From the IMG/VR virus record IMGVR_UViG_3300012642_000011, positions 288,001-352,000 of that record: DNA of 64,000 nt; one strand, 5' to 3'. This document shows positions 20,136-30,622 of the stretch, one piece after another. Each line of letters starts with the position of its first letter. The first letter of the stretch is position 1. The DNA comes from a virus. Below the pieces are notes generated by a model. The model was not told the DNA's origin. It ran no database searches and saw only the letters and a program-made list of their open reading frames with translations. The translations under genes and the position numbers were made by a program.

Positions 20136-20720
20136 ATGAAGCCGTTATTGTACATGGACATTGATGGCGTCCTCAACCCCTTGCGTTCTCGATCCAAAGG
20201 ACGCCCTGAAGGGTGGAACGCAGCGTATATGGACAATTCTGGCGATGAACCCATTGTCTTCCCATCAAAGAGGTTCTACAGGTACAAGAATCATGGGCAC
20301 ATCATCGTCTGGTACCCTGTGGACGCGCGTGAGTGGTTCGACGCTCTCAAGGATGTCTACGATGTCTGCTGGGCAAGCAAGTGGGGACGCTCCGCAAGCA
20401 CTGTCTACGCTGGACTTTTCGGTATGGAAGGCGAGATCCCGTTCCTCGACATTCCTAACATTCCAGAGGCGCAATGCCCCCTCTCGCGTTACACTGGCCG
20501 TCATGCCAAGGATTGCGACTGCCTGCACTCCAAGACGCTATTGCTGACCGATCACGCCGATGGTCGTCCGTTCGTGTGGGTGGATGATGAGGCGACCAAG
20601 AGGGACGTGACATGGTTGACCCAGAACGATCCACGTGGCCGTGCTTACATCGTGGACGGGTATCACGGATTGCGCCGTGGTGATGTCAACTCGTTGGTGG
20701 GCATGGCACAGGATCTCTAA
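20136..20720 (+). CDS. HAD-superfamily phosphatase (DxDGV motif)
   Basis: MDIDGVLN is motif I of HAD hydrolases. RBS GGGAGAGGA precedes the start, and a promoter TTGACG-N17-TACTCT lies upstream. Confidence 0.55.
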   Translation: MKPLLYMDIDGVLNPLRSRSKGRPEGWNAAYMDNSGDEPIVFPSKRFYRYKNHGHIIVWYPVDAREWFDALKDVYDVCWASKWGRSASTVYAGLFGMEGEIPFLDIPNIPEAQCPLSRYTGRHAKDCDCLHSKTLLLTDHADGRPFVWVDDEATKRDVTWLTQNDPRGRAYIVDGYHGLRRGDVNSLVGMAQDL

Positions 20721-20777
20721 AACAAGAACGGCGGCTACTCTGATTGATTACAGAGTAGCCGCCGTTCTTATGATTCA

Positions 20778-21050
20778 TCAGACGATGGCCTGCTGGTTCA
20801 AGGTGTCCGTGTTGATCAGCCCGCTCTCCACGGACGCCTTGAACGCCTCTGAGAGCGGGAAGACCCCGTTCTGGGCCATCCTCAGGCCGGAGACGTAATC
20901 GCTGATCTCGTTGGAGTGACGGACGATCACGGTCGGGGAGGTGATGTTCTTCTCGCAGAAGTACATGTCGGACTGGACGCCGTTCACGGCCACGTTGCCG
21001 ACGAAGATGCAGTTGTGGCAGTCGTGCTGGAAGCGGGGGTGGATGCTCAT
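20778..21050 (-). CDS. hypothetical protein
   Basis: 90-aa ORF with a bidirectional terminator at about 20735-20770. Confidence 0.4.
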   Translation of the reverse strand: MSIHPRFQHDCHNCIFVGNVAVNGVQSDMYFCEKNITSPTVIVRHSNEISDYVSGLRMAQNGVFPLSEAFKASVESGLINTDTLNQQAIV

Positions 21051-21195
21051 GTTCTCTCCTTGAGAGTGGTGGTCTTGGGCGGTTCCCTTGACCTGATGCT
21101 CTTACTCTACCACGGGGGACGCTCTACGCGCAAGTGAAAGATTGTGGCCCGCTGATCTCTGAGTCAGCGGGCCACAATCTTTCGTGCTCTTGGGA

Positions 21196-21642
21196 TCAAT
21201 CTGAGTAATACCAAGAGATATCTTCTTCGATCTCGATACGGTAAGCGCCCTCAGAAATGATCAGATTAAGGCCGTGTTCCTTGAGAAAACTCTTCGGAAT
21301 GCCAATCACCTCTTCGAGCGCATCAAGCGCAATGTCAGTGAGGAGATCAGTGATGTGAATCACAACTGCCTTGTGAAGACGGTTACGATTGGTCACCTTG
21401 GTTACGCTGTCATCGTACTGGTAACCAACGCTATCTGAGACAGACTCCACGTAATCCTTGAACTTGTCTTTGTTGGATTTAAGAGCCATCTGAGTGAAGT
21501 GGTACTGGAAAGTTTTACCATTATCGATGCGATCCCAGATATCGTGAGGGTCATCGAACAGATCAGGGAACTGTTCATTCACCTTCTTCTCAAAGATGCC
21601 GTAGGCAGCATCGGACTCATTCTGGTTAATGATGATCTTCAT
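21196..21642 (-). CDS. hypothetical protein
   Basis: 148-aa ORF with a terminator hairpin at about 21140-21185. Confidence 0.45.
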   Translation of the reverse strand: MKIIINQNESDAAYGIFEKKVNEQFPDLFDDPHDIWDRIDNGKTFQYHFTQMALKSNKDKFKDYVESVSDSVGYQYDDSVTKVTNRNRLHKAVVIHITDLLTDIALDALEEVIGIPKSFLKEHGLNLIISEGAYRIEIEEDISWYYSD

Positions 21643-21863
21643 GATGTTTCTCCCTGAAAGTAAGTGATTCGCTTGAACCTTTACATGACCTTACTACAGT
21701 GGACGCTCCATTGTCAACTCGATTCTCCATATGGATGATGAATCCGTTGTCGTACCCCCTGTACCGTATGTCCCAGTTCTCATTCTTAAGCAAGGGACAC
21801 GGATTATCGTGCAAGCAGATGGGGGACTGACAGGCGCTACCCATCAATCCCCCGTCTTTTCCA

Positions 21864-22361
21864 TTAATCGCGGCAATTACAACCGCAGTAGTGGATGTCA
21901 CGCTCAGCAGTACGCGCCGCGTACTCGATGTCATCGATGTAACTCGGAGCATTCACAAAATCGTTTCCAGAGAACGCGCTTGCCGGAACATCATCACGAC
22001 CCATCGCCTCGAAGAAGGACTCAACAACCATCGTGTCAATCGTCTCATGCATGTGATGCATGTACGCCTTTTTCAGACGGATCGTGCGGCTACGCTTGGA
22101 CTCGCCCGCCTCCTCGATGAAGCCGATCATCTTGGCGCTGGACTCCATCATCTCCTTGAAAGCAGCCTTGTTGGTATCCATGGTGGACATGATGATGTTC
22201 AAGATGTTATTGCGCAAGTCGCAGTCGCAAAAGTACACCATGAAGGACACGCTATCCCTGATCTCATCGAGGTTCCACAGCGCGCCACGCAGGGACTCCA
22301 TCTTCTTCTCGAAGATGTCCATTGCCTTCTTGGTCTCATCGGTGGTAACGAGGATCTTCAT
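21864..22361 (-). CDS. hypothetical protein
   Basis: 165-aa ORF. Confidence 0.45.
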   Translation of the reverse strand: MKILVTTDETKKAMDIFEKKMESLRGALWNLDEIRDSVSFMVYFCDCDLRNNILNIIMSTMDTNKAAFKEMMESSAKMIGFIEEAGESKRSRTIRLKKAYMHHMHETIDTMVVESFFEAMGRDDVPASAFSGNDFVNAPSYIDDIEYAARTAERDIHYCGCNCRD

Positions 22362-22447
22362 GGTCTCTCCTTGGGAGTTATGCTCTCAATTGCTCTGATG
22401 CTCCGATTCTACCATGGGGGACGCTCCATGTGCAAACCATTCCTTCA

Positions 22448-22762
22448 TCACTTTTTGAAGCTCACACTGGTTCCACGTCGGGGGAAGACCACGTAGAAGC
22501 CGTCATGGACAGTATTCTGCCCATTCTCGATCACCTTGATCCTCTCCCCATCAAGCGTCTGAATGTAGATGGTGTTCCCCTCATCTTCGATCACAACCGA
22601 TGCATCCACCATGCCATCCCCTGCCTTGATCTCTACAGGCTCACCGTGATAACGCTTCAGGAAGTCCTGTAGAGATCTTTCGCTTTCGTCCACTTCTGTT
22701 CTCACAGGATTCAACTTCAGAAATCGGGTAGATGGATCGGATGTAATAGTGATTTTTCCCAT
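22448..22762 (-). CDS. hypothetical protein
   Basis: 104-aa ORF. Confidence 0.4.
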   Translation of the reverse strand: MGKITITSDPSTRFLKLNPVRTEVDESERSLQDFLKRYHGEPVEIKAGDGMVDASVVIEDEGNTIYIQTLDGERIKVIENGQNTVHDGFYVVFPRRGTSVSFKK

Positions 22763-22798
22763 GAGTTCTTTCTCTTAATCGGTAGTGAACATGAATGA

Positions 22799-22943
22799 TT
22801 TATCGCACGTCGTAATCTTCGTCGTCGTCTACGGGTATGATCACGTCATCCCCATAAGCACGCTCTTCTTCCTCGTACTGCAGGTAGAATGGATCATCCA
22901 CAATGTGCTCGTTAACGTCAAAGTTCTCAGAATTGATTGCCAT
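22799..22943 (-). CDS. small acidic hypothetical protein (about 47 aa)
   Basis: A short ORF, MAINSENFDVNEHIV..., not in the track and read by hand. Confidence 0.25.
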
Positions 22944-23102
22944 TTCTTACTCCTTGCCTTGGAAGATGGAATAGTTACACGGCTATTATGCCATATGAGG
23001 CCACAATATTCAACAATAGTATTGGGGACACAAAAATACACTACAGAAAAAGTATAGCAGGGAGACAGGATCACCCGTCTCCCCGCTATGCGATCCCTTA
23101 GA

Positions 23103-23357
23103 TCACCAGCCCAGTTCCTCACGCGCGGCGGAGGAAAGGTACTCGTCACCGCCCATTCCCTCCTCAGCGATGTACACCGCGCCCTCAGCCAGCGCCATGT
23201 CACCAATGGCGTGCTGAATGGGGTAGGAAGGCTGCACAGCAAGGCGAACAGGGGCCTCATACGCCGCGTCCTCGCCGTGCTCTTCCTCGATCTGATCCTT
23301 CAGGGACTGCAGAGTTTCGATCATCTCACCAAGGGTCATTGCCATGTTCTTCTCCAT
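23103..23357 (-). CDS. hypothetical protein
   Basis: 84-aa ORF. Confidence 0.4.
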   Translation of the reverse strand: MEKNMAMTLGEMIETLQSLKDQIEEEHGEDAAYEAPVRLAVQPSYPIQHAIGDMALAEGAVYIAEEGMGGDEYLSSAAREELGW

Positions 23358-23437
23358 TCAAAGTGATGGGGTCAAGTTCTTCTCAACCCCTGTTGATGGT
23401 CCTACTCTACCACGGGGGACGCTCCATCTACAAGAGA

Positions 23438-24160
23438 TCAGTTCGACTTTCTATTATTCTCCTTAGCCTCCATGATCTCATTGAAGACCACAGCCACCCA
23501 CACAGCATCCATAGCATCCACCTCATCTGCATTCTGGCGAGTGATCACGACCTCGTTGCCTGCAAAGTACCCGTAGTTACGGTCAACGTCCCACTCAACG
23601 TCCCCGTTACCATCCTTGAGACTGATCTTGCCAGCATCAAAAAGGGCGATCTGCTGCTCAGCCTTGCCCACGCTTTCCCCGTCCTTGATGACCTTCAAAG
23701 TCATGAGGAACGGGTTGAACTCCTGATCAATGAATCCGTTCTTGTTCCCCTCGTGATCAAACGTGCTCAACGAACGGGTGACGAATGGGATGGACTCTTC
23801 CTCAGCACCCATCACGTTGCCGTCCAGATCACGCATCACGTAAGTATCAGTGATCATTCTGAAGTACTCACCCTTGATGTGTGCAACCTCCACACCGTCA
23901 ACGGTGATATCCCACTGGTCATAGAACGTGAACGGACGCTTGTGAGCCACGATTCGATCAGCGTCTTCCAAGACCTGAATGGACTTCAGCGCCTGAGTAG
24001 AATCGCCCATTTCATTTTCCTGAGTGGAGACGGAAGAGAAGGAGGGCAGGGGTGCTCCGGTCACCAGAGCGCCACCGACACCCACGGTGGAGACAGCGAG
24101 GACGCTTGCGATTCCGAGCGCAGCCGTCTTCTTGGGCGTCATCATCTTGAACATGTTCAT
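23438..24160 (-). CDS. secreted hypothetical protein (signal peptide)
   Basis: The N-terminal MNMFKMMTPKKTAALGIASVLAVSTVGVGGALVTGAP looks like a signal peptide. Confidence 0.5.
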   Translation of the reverse strand: MNMFKMMTPKKTAALGIASVLAVSTVGVGGALVTGAPLPSFSSVSTQENEMGDSTQALKSIQVLEDADRIVAHKRPFTFYDQWDITVDGVEVAHIKGEYFRMITDTYVMRDLDGNVMGAEEESIPFVTRSLSTFDHEGNKNGFIDQEFNPFLMTLKVIKDGESVGKAEQQIALFDAGKISLKDGNGDVEWDVDRNYGYFAGNEVVITRQNADEVDAMDAVWVAVVFNEIMEAKENNRKSN

Positions 24161-24300
24161 GAACTTCCTTCAGTGGAATGGTCTTCTTTGGCTCCATAGT
24201 AAGCATACATCTCTTGTGTTGTCAACGATCACTCATGCTTGACATGCGAACCACAGAAAGGGGACACAGAAATAATCTGATCATCCTCTTGCTATCCGTG

Positions 24301-24329
24301 TTGACCTCTCGTGAAAGATCGTGTAGAGT
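24301..24329 (+). promoter_or_regulatory. sigma70-type promoter TTGACC-N17-TAGAGT
   Basis: About 40 bp upstream of the CDS at 24371 and downstream of motif A at about 24262. Confidence 0.5.
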
Positions 24330-24370
24330 CGTTCTTGTCAGCAAGACAGAATCACATCTCAAGGAGAATC

Positions 24371-25138
24371 ATGAGCATTTACGAGTGGGAGAGCGGGAAG
24401 ATCGTGCTTCCGACCAAGGACGTTGCGCCCCTGAAGAAGATTCTTCGGGATCAGGTGAACACGTTCCATTCGGATGTTCGCGCCAAGGCTGTGGAGATGC
24501 ACAAGTCTGCAAAGACCACTTCCACTAAGAAGTATGGCGAATTCTTCGGTTTCGACAAGCACTACTATGACGACTCCAAGAACACGATGGTAGAGAACGT
24601 CGCCCGTGACATTCTGAAGGGCATGTGGGAGAACGCGAACGCTGGGCGAGGGACGCTCCATGTTCCCACTGTGGCTGACGTTTCGCGTCATGCTCCCAAG
24701 ATGACGACCAAGGACAATCATTTCCGTGTTCTTGACAATCAGGGTTTTGATGCGGCTCTGATTCACTTCAATGGCCGCATTGTGGAGTGGGCTGTGGAGG
24801 AGAACAACCATGCTGTCGATCATGCGTACAGCGCTCCTCTTGCGCGGTCGCTCTTCAAGTACCTGCATCAGATCGAGTGGACGCGCGGCACTGGTGGTCA
24901 TGGTGTGGGCAACAACGAGATGAATACGGATAGCGATTACGTGGGCGGCGGGGCTAACTACGTTGCCTTCAGTTACGGCCCGCTTGGTGTCGAGGTGCTT
25001 GCACAGGGCGCGCAGATGAGCAAGAAGAAGTACCTCAGCACTCATCTGGACATTGACGAGAAGAAGCACGCTGACAACTCAGGCTACGAGCGCAGTCTGC
25101 CCCTTAACACTCGTCGTCCCTACAACTTCATCTGGTAA
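24371..25138 (+). CDS. hypothetical protein
   Basis: Internal ATG with RBS AAGGAGA. A promoter TTGACC-17-TAGAGT lies at about 24301-24329, and a terminator hairpin at about 25145-25185. Confidence 0.5.
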   Translation: MSIYEWESGKIVLPTKDVAPLKKILRDQVNTFHSDVRAKAVEMHKSAKTTSTKKYGEFFGFDKHYYDDSKNTMVENVARDILKGMWENANAGRGTLHVPTVADVSRHAPKMTTKDNHFRVLDNQGFDAALIHFNGRIVEWAVEENNHAVDHAYSAPLARSLFKYLHQIEWTRGTGGHGVGNNEMNTDSDYVGGGANYVAFSYGPLGVEVLAQGAQMSKKKYLSTHLDIDEKKHADNSGYERSLPLNTRRPYNFIW

Positions 25139-25211
25139 TGTCGCAGTAAGAAGGGAGGGGGAGGAAATAATCCTCCCCCTCCCTTCTGGTATTGCTTAGG
25201 GACACAGAATG

Positions 25212-25688
25212 TCATATAGGTTTGAGAACACCTGTTACCATTGCCATGAGGGAGAAATCCGCATCCTCTTGGTCCTGCTTCATTAAATCTTGCACTGCAA
25301 GGTCGTATTTCTCAATGGCGGCTGAAGTGAGCATGTGATCAATGAAGACGCACTGAGCGTCAAATATCTCATCTCTGTCCGTGAAGAATGCTTTACTCTC
25401 CAAGGCATGCCTCATCAGGTTTTCATCAACCATGTCCAAGTGATTGTGATGTGCAAGGTCAGCCACAAGGTCTGGACGCTCTGTGAGCAGACGGTAGGTT
25501 GCTGGGGGTAGAGTGATCGCGTGAGCAGCTACGTCCGCCCCTAGTCTCTCCACTACGTGATTCAGGTCAGACGGGATTCTGAAAGCAAGTGTGGTCAAGT
25601 CGATGACGTACTTAGGGTCTTCCTGCATAACGAGATGAACTCGCCTGTGAAAATGCTGAGAGTGAGAAGAAGTATATGATTGACTCAC
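25212..25688 (-). CDS. hypothetical protein (probable GTG start)
   Basis: A GTG start is preceded by AAGGGAGG inside track ORF 25212..25712. Confidence 0.4.
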   Translation of the reverse strand: MSQSYTSSHSQHFHRRVHLVMQEDPKYVIDLTTLAFRIPSDLNHVVERLGADVAAHAITLPPATYRLLTERPDLVADLAHHNHLDMVDENLMRHALESKAFFTDRDEIFDAQCVFIDHMLTSAAIEKYDLAVQDLMKQDQEDADFSLMAMVTGVLKPI

Positions 25689-25818
25689 TGCGCCTCCCTT
25701 CCGTGCTAACATGTCGGCAGGTTAAATATCCGCAGAGCATGAAAAGGGACACAGTATGAGTGCATTCTTAGTACTGCAGATGGGAGTGCCTCCTCCATAG
25801 AGACACTCCCATCAATGA

Positions 25819-25959
25819 TCAACGACGGCGGCGGCGACGCTTCTGGTAAACAGAGGTGGTGCGGCGATCCTTGAAGAATGAGATGACTGCGAAAAACAGC
25901 GCCAGCGTCAAGACTGCAGCAACTGCCAGCATAACGAAAAGCATCTGTCCAAGCATAAT
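25819..25959 (-). CDS. small membrane protein with a poly-Arg C-terminus
   Basis: The internal start MLGQMLFVMLAVAAV... is a TM helix and the protein ends RRRRRR. Confidence 0.35.
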   Translation of the reverse strand: MMLGQMLFVMLAVAAVLTLALFFAVISFFKDRRTTSVYQKRRRRRR

Positions 25960-26093
25960 ATTTCCTTTTGTATTCGGGATGGGTTCTGAAGATAAAAAGT
26001 TGTAGGGGGTGAGCGATGACACACCACTCACCCCCATTGCTTCACACGCGAGATGCTCTCAGCCTACAGCATCTGGGTGCAGTGGTCAATCCA

Positions 26094-26261
26094 TCATCGG
26101 ATCACGATATCGAACTTCTTCCCATACTCGGTCATGATCTCAGAGCTCTCATACTCAATGAGATCATCCAAGGTCTCGCCGTCAAGGTCGTTGGACTCGA
26201 TGACCAGACACTCATTAAGATCGACAATGGTACCAGTGCCGGGGTGAACGATGAGCTTCAT
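26094..26261 (-). CDS. small hypothetical protein
   Basis: Internal start MKLIVHPG with RBS AAGGAG. Confidence 0.35.
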   Translation of the reverse strand: MKLIVHPGTGTIVDLNECLVIESNDLDGETLDDLIEYESSEIMTEYGKKFDIVIR

Positions 26262-26710
26262 GTTGTACTCCTTCTGCTGATTGTTGAAAGTGTTCTGTGC
26301 TCTCGTGTTCAAGTGTACTCTACGTTGTCCTTCTTGTCAAAGCGAGATCTGGGAGATCTTCTCCTGAAGCGAAGCAACCATGGCAAGCGTCCGCTCCGCA
26401 GAATCCTCCATGTCAGTGATGACCTGATCAACAACAGCGGTCATGATGCTCCTTCTTGACGGATTGATCTTGTTGACACCATCATCTCACATGATCAGCA
26501 GCATGTCAACAGTGAAGATTTATTTCACGACACAAGCAGGTCATGAGGCCAATGCGTGCTGTAGGCACTCATTGGGGACACAAGATTTGAAAGAGGAGAT
26601 TCAACCTCAACCTCAACGATGATGCGGGGTACTGTTGTACGATCTGCACATCTGATACTTCAGGGGCCGTGACATTTGAAATCCGTCCCCCTTTCTGCTA
26701 TTCTGACCAC

Positions 26711-27325
26711 ATGAAGAAGACGATCATGCTCGTAGACATTGATGGCACGCTTGCCATCAACAATACGGCAGAGAGCAAGCCTCTCAACGGATTCAATAGC
26801 GAATGGGCAGAGATGACCATTTCCCGACTGGATCACCCTGAGATGTTCACAGGCGCAGTAGAGCAGTTGGCAAGCATCAATCGCGTCCTTGCCGACGATG
26901 CCAAGATCGAGGTGGCTGTGGACCTGACCATGCTCTCTGCCTTCTCGCAGATCGCTTCCCGCCCCCATGTGGAGTGTAAGTGGCTGACCATGTGGGAAGA
27001 CAAGGCTGTGGACTTGTTCGCTCCGTTCACGGGACTTGGTGAGGAATGGGACGTGCTGAAGAAGGGGGACGCTCCAAGAGATTGGAAACTGAGCGTTCTG
27101 GATCAGGTGGCTGGTAAGAACCCCGATACTCAGATCATCTTCCTTGACGATGACGTAGCCGTGCTCCCCTCTCATTTCGCCGCTTTGGAGGAGATCGTGG
27201 AGTCCCGTGAGAACGTGTTCGTGGTGGTTCCTACTCCTCACGTGGGCTTGACGGCTGTAGAGGTAGGATGGATTGGTTCTGTCGTGGACAATCCGAATAT
27301 GGTGAATGCACTGCTGTGTGAATGA
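26711..27325 (+). CDS. HAD-superfamily hydrolase (second copy)
   Basis: VDIDGTLA is motif I and FLDDD is motif IV-like. A -10 element TATTCT sits only about 9 nt before the ATG, which suggests a leaderless transcript. Confidence 0.5.
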   Translation: MKKTIMLVDIDGTLAINNTAESKPLNGFNSEWAEMTISRLDHPEMFTGAVEQLASINRVLADDAKIEVAVDLTMLSAFSQIASRPHVECKWLTMWEDKAVDLFAPFTGLGEEWDVLKKGDAPRDWKLSVLDQVAGKNPDTQIIFLDDDVAVLPSHFAALEEIVESRENVFVVVPTPHVGLTAVEVGWIGSVVDNPNMVNALLCE

Positions 27326-27445
27326 TGCTGGTGAGGTGGGACCAGATCTAAAAGGTCATACCTATCGTGAATGAGGGACACAAGTTTTCATGTAAACAGA
27401 AAGCGGGAGTGAGCGTTGTTCTCACTCCCGCTTTCTAAACCACTG

Positions 27446-27757
27446 TCAGGATGCCTTCAGGGCCTTTGCCTCAGCATGAGCGACGTTGATGCCTGCCACG
27501 TAACCGTTGATGGCGGCGTTCAGGATGGTATCCACCTGCTCGTAGTTGCTTTCAGTACGAGGCGTGGGGCACTCCACGAAGAACTCACCACGCCATTCGA
27601 GGTAGACGTTGTAGCCAGAGCCGTTCTCCACGGACTCTGCCCAGCCTTCGACATCGGAAGCGAAGGCTCCTGAGTAGATGCCGAGGTTATCCGTGTTCTT
27701 GCCGTTGTTTCGGGCTTCCTCGTTCGCGTAGTAATCCGTGGCAATCGCGTAGCGCAT
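27446..27757 (-). CDS. hypothetical protein
   Basis: Internal start MRYAIATDYY with RBS GGGAGAG. Confidence 0.4.
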   Translation of the reverse strand: MRYAIATDYYANEEARNNGKNTDNLGIYSGAFASDVEGWAESVENGSGYNVYLEWRGEFFVECPTPRTESNYEQVDTILNAAINGYVAGINVAHAEAKALKAS

Positions 27758-27845
27758 TTTTCTCTCCCTTGAAAGATGTGGTGTTGCTTTCAGTAGTAAG
27801 CATACCTCATGCAAGGGTGCTTTGCAAGCAGAGGGGACGCTCCAT

Positions 27846-28106
27846 TCACTTCAGGAAGACGATGACCTCTTCCTTCTTCGTGATTGCCTTGTCTGGTTCG
27901 AGGGTCACGAGGCTTTCAGATGCCTTCTTCACCATCTTGAATGCAAGGGCAATCCCTCCGAGTACCATGATGACCAAGGAGATCAGCAGCCCTGCCTGAA
28001 GAGAGTCAGGCCAGCAAATCGCGTTCACGGCACAAGTGAGGAAGAGGGCTACAGTGGTGATGATGTATGCTTCAGGGGCGTAGCGGAGCATGGAGGTGCC
28101 TTTCAA
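27846..28106 (-). CDS. small membrane protein (2 TM)
   Basis: Hydrophobic 86-aa ORF. Confidence 0.4.
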   Translation of the reverse strand: MKGTSMLRYAPEAYIITTVALFLTCAVNAICWPDSLQAGLLISLVIMVLGGIALAFKMVKKASESLVTLEPDKAITKKEEVIVFLK

Positions 28107-28280
28107 TGAGGAGTCTCTTCTATCGTTATCAGTCTATGCTACCATAACGGCCAAGCATCTTTGCGAGAACGCGGCATGGGGAATAGGGGGACACAGGATT
28201 GATCAGTGTTTCATGTCTGGGATGCTGAAGGGGGCAGGAGAGGTGTTCTACTCTCCTGCCCCTTCGCCGCAGACGACTAC

Positions 28281-28637
28281 TCAGAGTTCGGTGGAAAGAG
28301 CGCGGGCTACTCCCTTGCTGATATCCTCCATGAGATCACCATGGCGAGTGTACAGATCGTCCCAGATACGATCGTTCAGCGCACCGAAAGAACTCTGAAG
28401 AGATGTGAGATGATTGATCTGGGCACCACTCATATCGTTCAAGATATAATGAGCAGCCCTACAATCCTCATCATCAGGGTAGACCTGATCGATGGCATCG
28501 TGGACATCATCAGCACTCAGAGGCGTGAAACCCTCTTCAGAGCCGATCTTATATGCAGAAATCAGGGCCGATTCGGCATCGGGGTTCTCCCTGATCAGCG
28601 CGTCAAGGCCAGGGTGTCCAGTGGGCTTACTCGTCAT
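28281..28637 (-). CDS. hypothetical protein
   Basis: Internal start MTSKPTG with RBS AGGAGAG. The upstream part of the track ORF is probably not coding. Confidence 0.4.
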   Translation of the reverse strand: MTSKPTGHPGLDALIRENPDAESALISAYKIGSEEGFTPLSADDVHDAIDQVYPDDEDCRAAHYILNDMSGAQINHLTSLQSSFGALNDRIWDDLYTRHGDLMEDISKGVARALSTEL

Positions 28638-28817
28638 TTTCTCTCCTGTGGGAATCGGATCTTTACTAACAGGATCTACTATACACCAGATCACTGCACT
28701 TAACAACCTATAGGGACGCTCCGCATGAAGACGAATCACTATCGTCATGATGGTTGACAATATGGAGCCTATGTGAGATATTGAAAGTGTCCTGACAACG
28801 AAAGCAAAGGGAAGACC

Positions 28818-29024
28818 ATGAAGATCAACGATGCCTCTGTCGAGGAGTTCCGTAACAAGTTCTGGCATGCCAACCACATCAATCCTCGCTCGTGGGAGGT
28901 GCTGACTGAGGATGACCATGATCTGTGGCGTGATCGCTACCAGAAGTTCATCAACGGGGAGTCCTTCACGATGCCCAACGGATTCAAGACGAAGGGGATC
29001 ACCCTCACCAGCGTGAGCAACTGA
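28818..29024 (+). CDS. small hypothetical protein
   Basis: 68-aa ORF with a terminator hairpin at about 29040-29080. Confidence 0.4.
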   Translation: MKINDASVEEFRNKFWHANHINPRSWEVLTEDDHDLWRDRYQKFINGESFTMPNGFKTKGITLTSVSN

Positions 29025-29170
29025 CCACACCTGAACTCACAAGCGGGATACGATGGAGTGTTTCATCGTATCCCGCTTTCTTTCCTACTCATAGGGGACA
29101 CAATATTCAGAACTAAAGCAAAAAGGAGAGGGAGACCATGATGCTATGGTCTCCCTCTCGCGTTTAGCGA

Positions 29171-29872
29171 TCACACAGCGGTCAGAAGGGACTGCACAAC
29201 GTCAGCGTTCGTGATCACGGGGGCAGGGGTGACAGGGAAGGGCTTCACCTTAGTCTTGGTGTGTGCCGACTGGTAGGCGAGGATCACCTGATTACGCAGC
29301 CGCCCAGTGTCAGCCACGGTGTACCCGTTGTCCTTGGCCCATGCGCGAATCTTGGCGGCGTTACGGTTCTTCCCCTTCTTGCTGGGCGACTTGATGAAGC
29401 GATCATCCTTGAAACCGTAAGCCTGAGCGTAGGCGATCAAGAGATCATTGGACAGGCGACCACGATCAGCGGTGGTGTAACCGTTCTCCTTGCCCCATTC
29501 ACGAATCAGAACGGAGTCAGGGACATGCTTGGTCTTGGTGGTCTTGACCTTCTCTTCCTTGGTGTTCAGGACATGGATGCGACCACCAGTGATGCTCTCG
29601 TCAACGGGGCAACCGTGAGCGACGTAGGACTCGACCACGGAGCGGTGCAGACGGCCACGGGTGCCGGTCTGGATACCCTGAGACTTGGCCCATGCCCGCA
29701 CCTGAACGGCGTTGTACGCGACGCCCTCCTTGTCTGCATACGTGGTGATCTGGGAGATCAGGTTGTGGAACTTGGCATCCACCTTCTCATCGGAAATGGA
29801 GTAGGTGGTGTTGTTGATGGTGATGTTCACGATGATCCTTTGTTCGTGTGCTCTGTTGTGTACTGATCCCAT
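29171..29872 (-). CDS. protein with three tandem Lsr2-type C-terminal DNA-binding domains
   Basis: Three repeats carry the RGR motif: VRAWAKSQGIQTGTRGRLHRSVVESYVA, IREWGKENGYTTADRGRLSNDLLIAYAQA and IRAWAKDNGYTVADTGRLRNQVILAYQSA. An alternative GTG start lies at about 29829. Confidence 0.6.
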   Translation of the reverse strand: MGSVHNRAHEQRIIVNITINNTTYSISDEKVDAKFHNLISQITTYADKEGVAYNAVQVRAWAKSQGIQTGTRGRLHRSVVESYVAHGCPVDESITGGRIHVLNTKEEKVKTTKTKHVPDSVLIREWGKENGYTTADRGRLSNDLLIAYAQAYGFKDDRFIKSPSKKGKNRNAAKIRAWAKDNGYTVADTGRLRNQVILAYQSAHTKTKVKPFPVTPAPVITNADVVQSLLTAV

Positions 29873-29995
29873 CCTATAACACCGGAGAAGTCAATGCAAC
29901 ATGTGATTCCATTGGTGCGTCATCTGTCGTCATATTTAATGGGGACACAGAATGAGAGCATGCGAGCACTTGGTGAGAGTGCTTGCTCATGGTGG

Positions 29996-30157
29996 TTACG
30001 TGTTGGCAACTACCATCATGCGCCCCACAAGGAATGCCCCGATGATAGCGGAGACAATAAGCATCATGGGGTTGAAGGCATTCAGATAGAAAAATGCGGC
30101 CACACCGATGGCGTTCAAGGTGACGAAGAGAATGTAAAGGAGGGAAATAAATCGCAT
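29996..30157 (-). CDS. small membrane protein
   Basis: Hydrophobic ORF. The start is uncertain because the TTG at 30226 lies inside a terminator hairpin. Confidence 0.3.
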   Translation of the reverse strand: MRFISLLYILFVTLNAIGVAAFFYLNAFNPMMLIVSAIIGAFLVGRMMVVANT

Positions 30158-30248
30158 GATGATCTTTCTTACAAGCAATGGAAGTGTACTTCCACAGTAT
30201 AGCACAAAACTCCCCTCCGTGTACAAACGGAGGGGAGTTTTTAGCGGG

Positions 30249-30476
30249 TCAGTGATCTGCGATCTGCATTACCACGGCCCAATGGTCGCCAGCATCCTGT
30301 GCTGACCACGACTGGACGTACTGGTTGAGCTTTCGCTTGGGGAGGTTGGGGATCTGGTTGTTGGTGAACATGTCAGTGGCAATCTTTGCTGCCTCATGCT
30401 TGTTCGCCACGTCCATGGGCGAACCGTTCTTTCGAATGGTCTTGCCCACGTTGTGCTTGATGATGATGTTCGTCAT
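30249..30476 (-). CDS. hypothetical protein
   Basis: 75-aa ORF with RBS AAGGAGGA. Confidence 0.4.
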   Translation of the reverse strand: MTNIIIKHNVGKTIRKNGSPMDVANKHEAAKIATDMFTNNQIPNLPKRKLNQYVQSWSAQDAGDHWAVVMQIADH

Positions 30477-30622
30477 GATGTCCTCCTTTGACTTCTATAT
30501 TATACCATGTGGACGCTCCATACACAAGTGCCGACTCCACATGTATAATCTTGCAATGGTGTACATATAACGAGAAAGAGTGATCCCCCTACACCATTCA
30601 GGCGAGGGGGATCACTCAGGAC

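Noticed and set aside
26016-26459. 147-aa + ORF
   Set aside because: It overlaps two small minus-strand genes that have RBSs, and it lacks one of its own.
28206-28703. 165-aa + ORF and the N-terminal half of the 249-aa minus-strand ORF 28281..29030
   Set aside because: The two overlap each other. The minus gene has a good RBS at an internal ATG at about 28637. The remaining sequence has an atypical composition.
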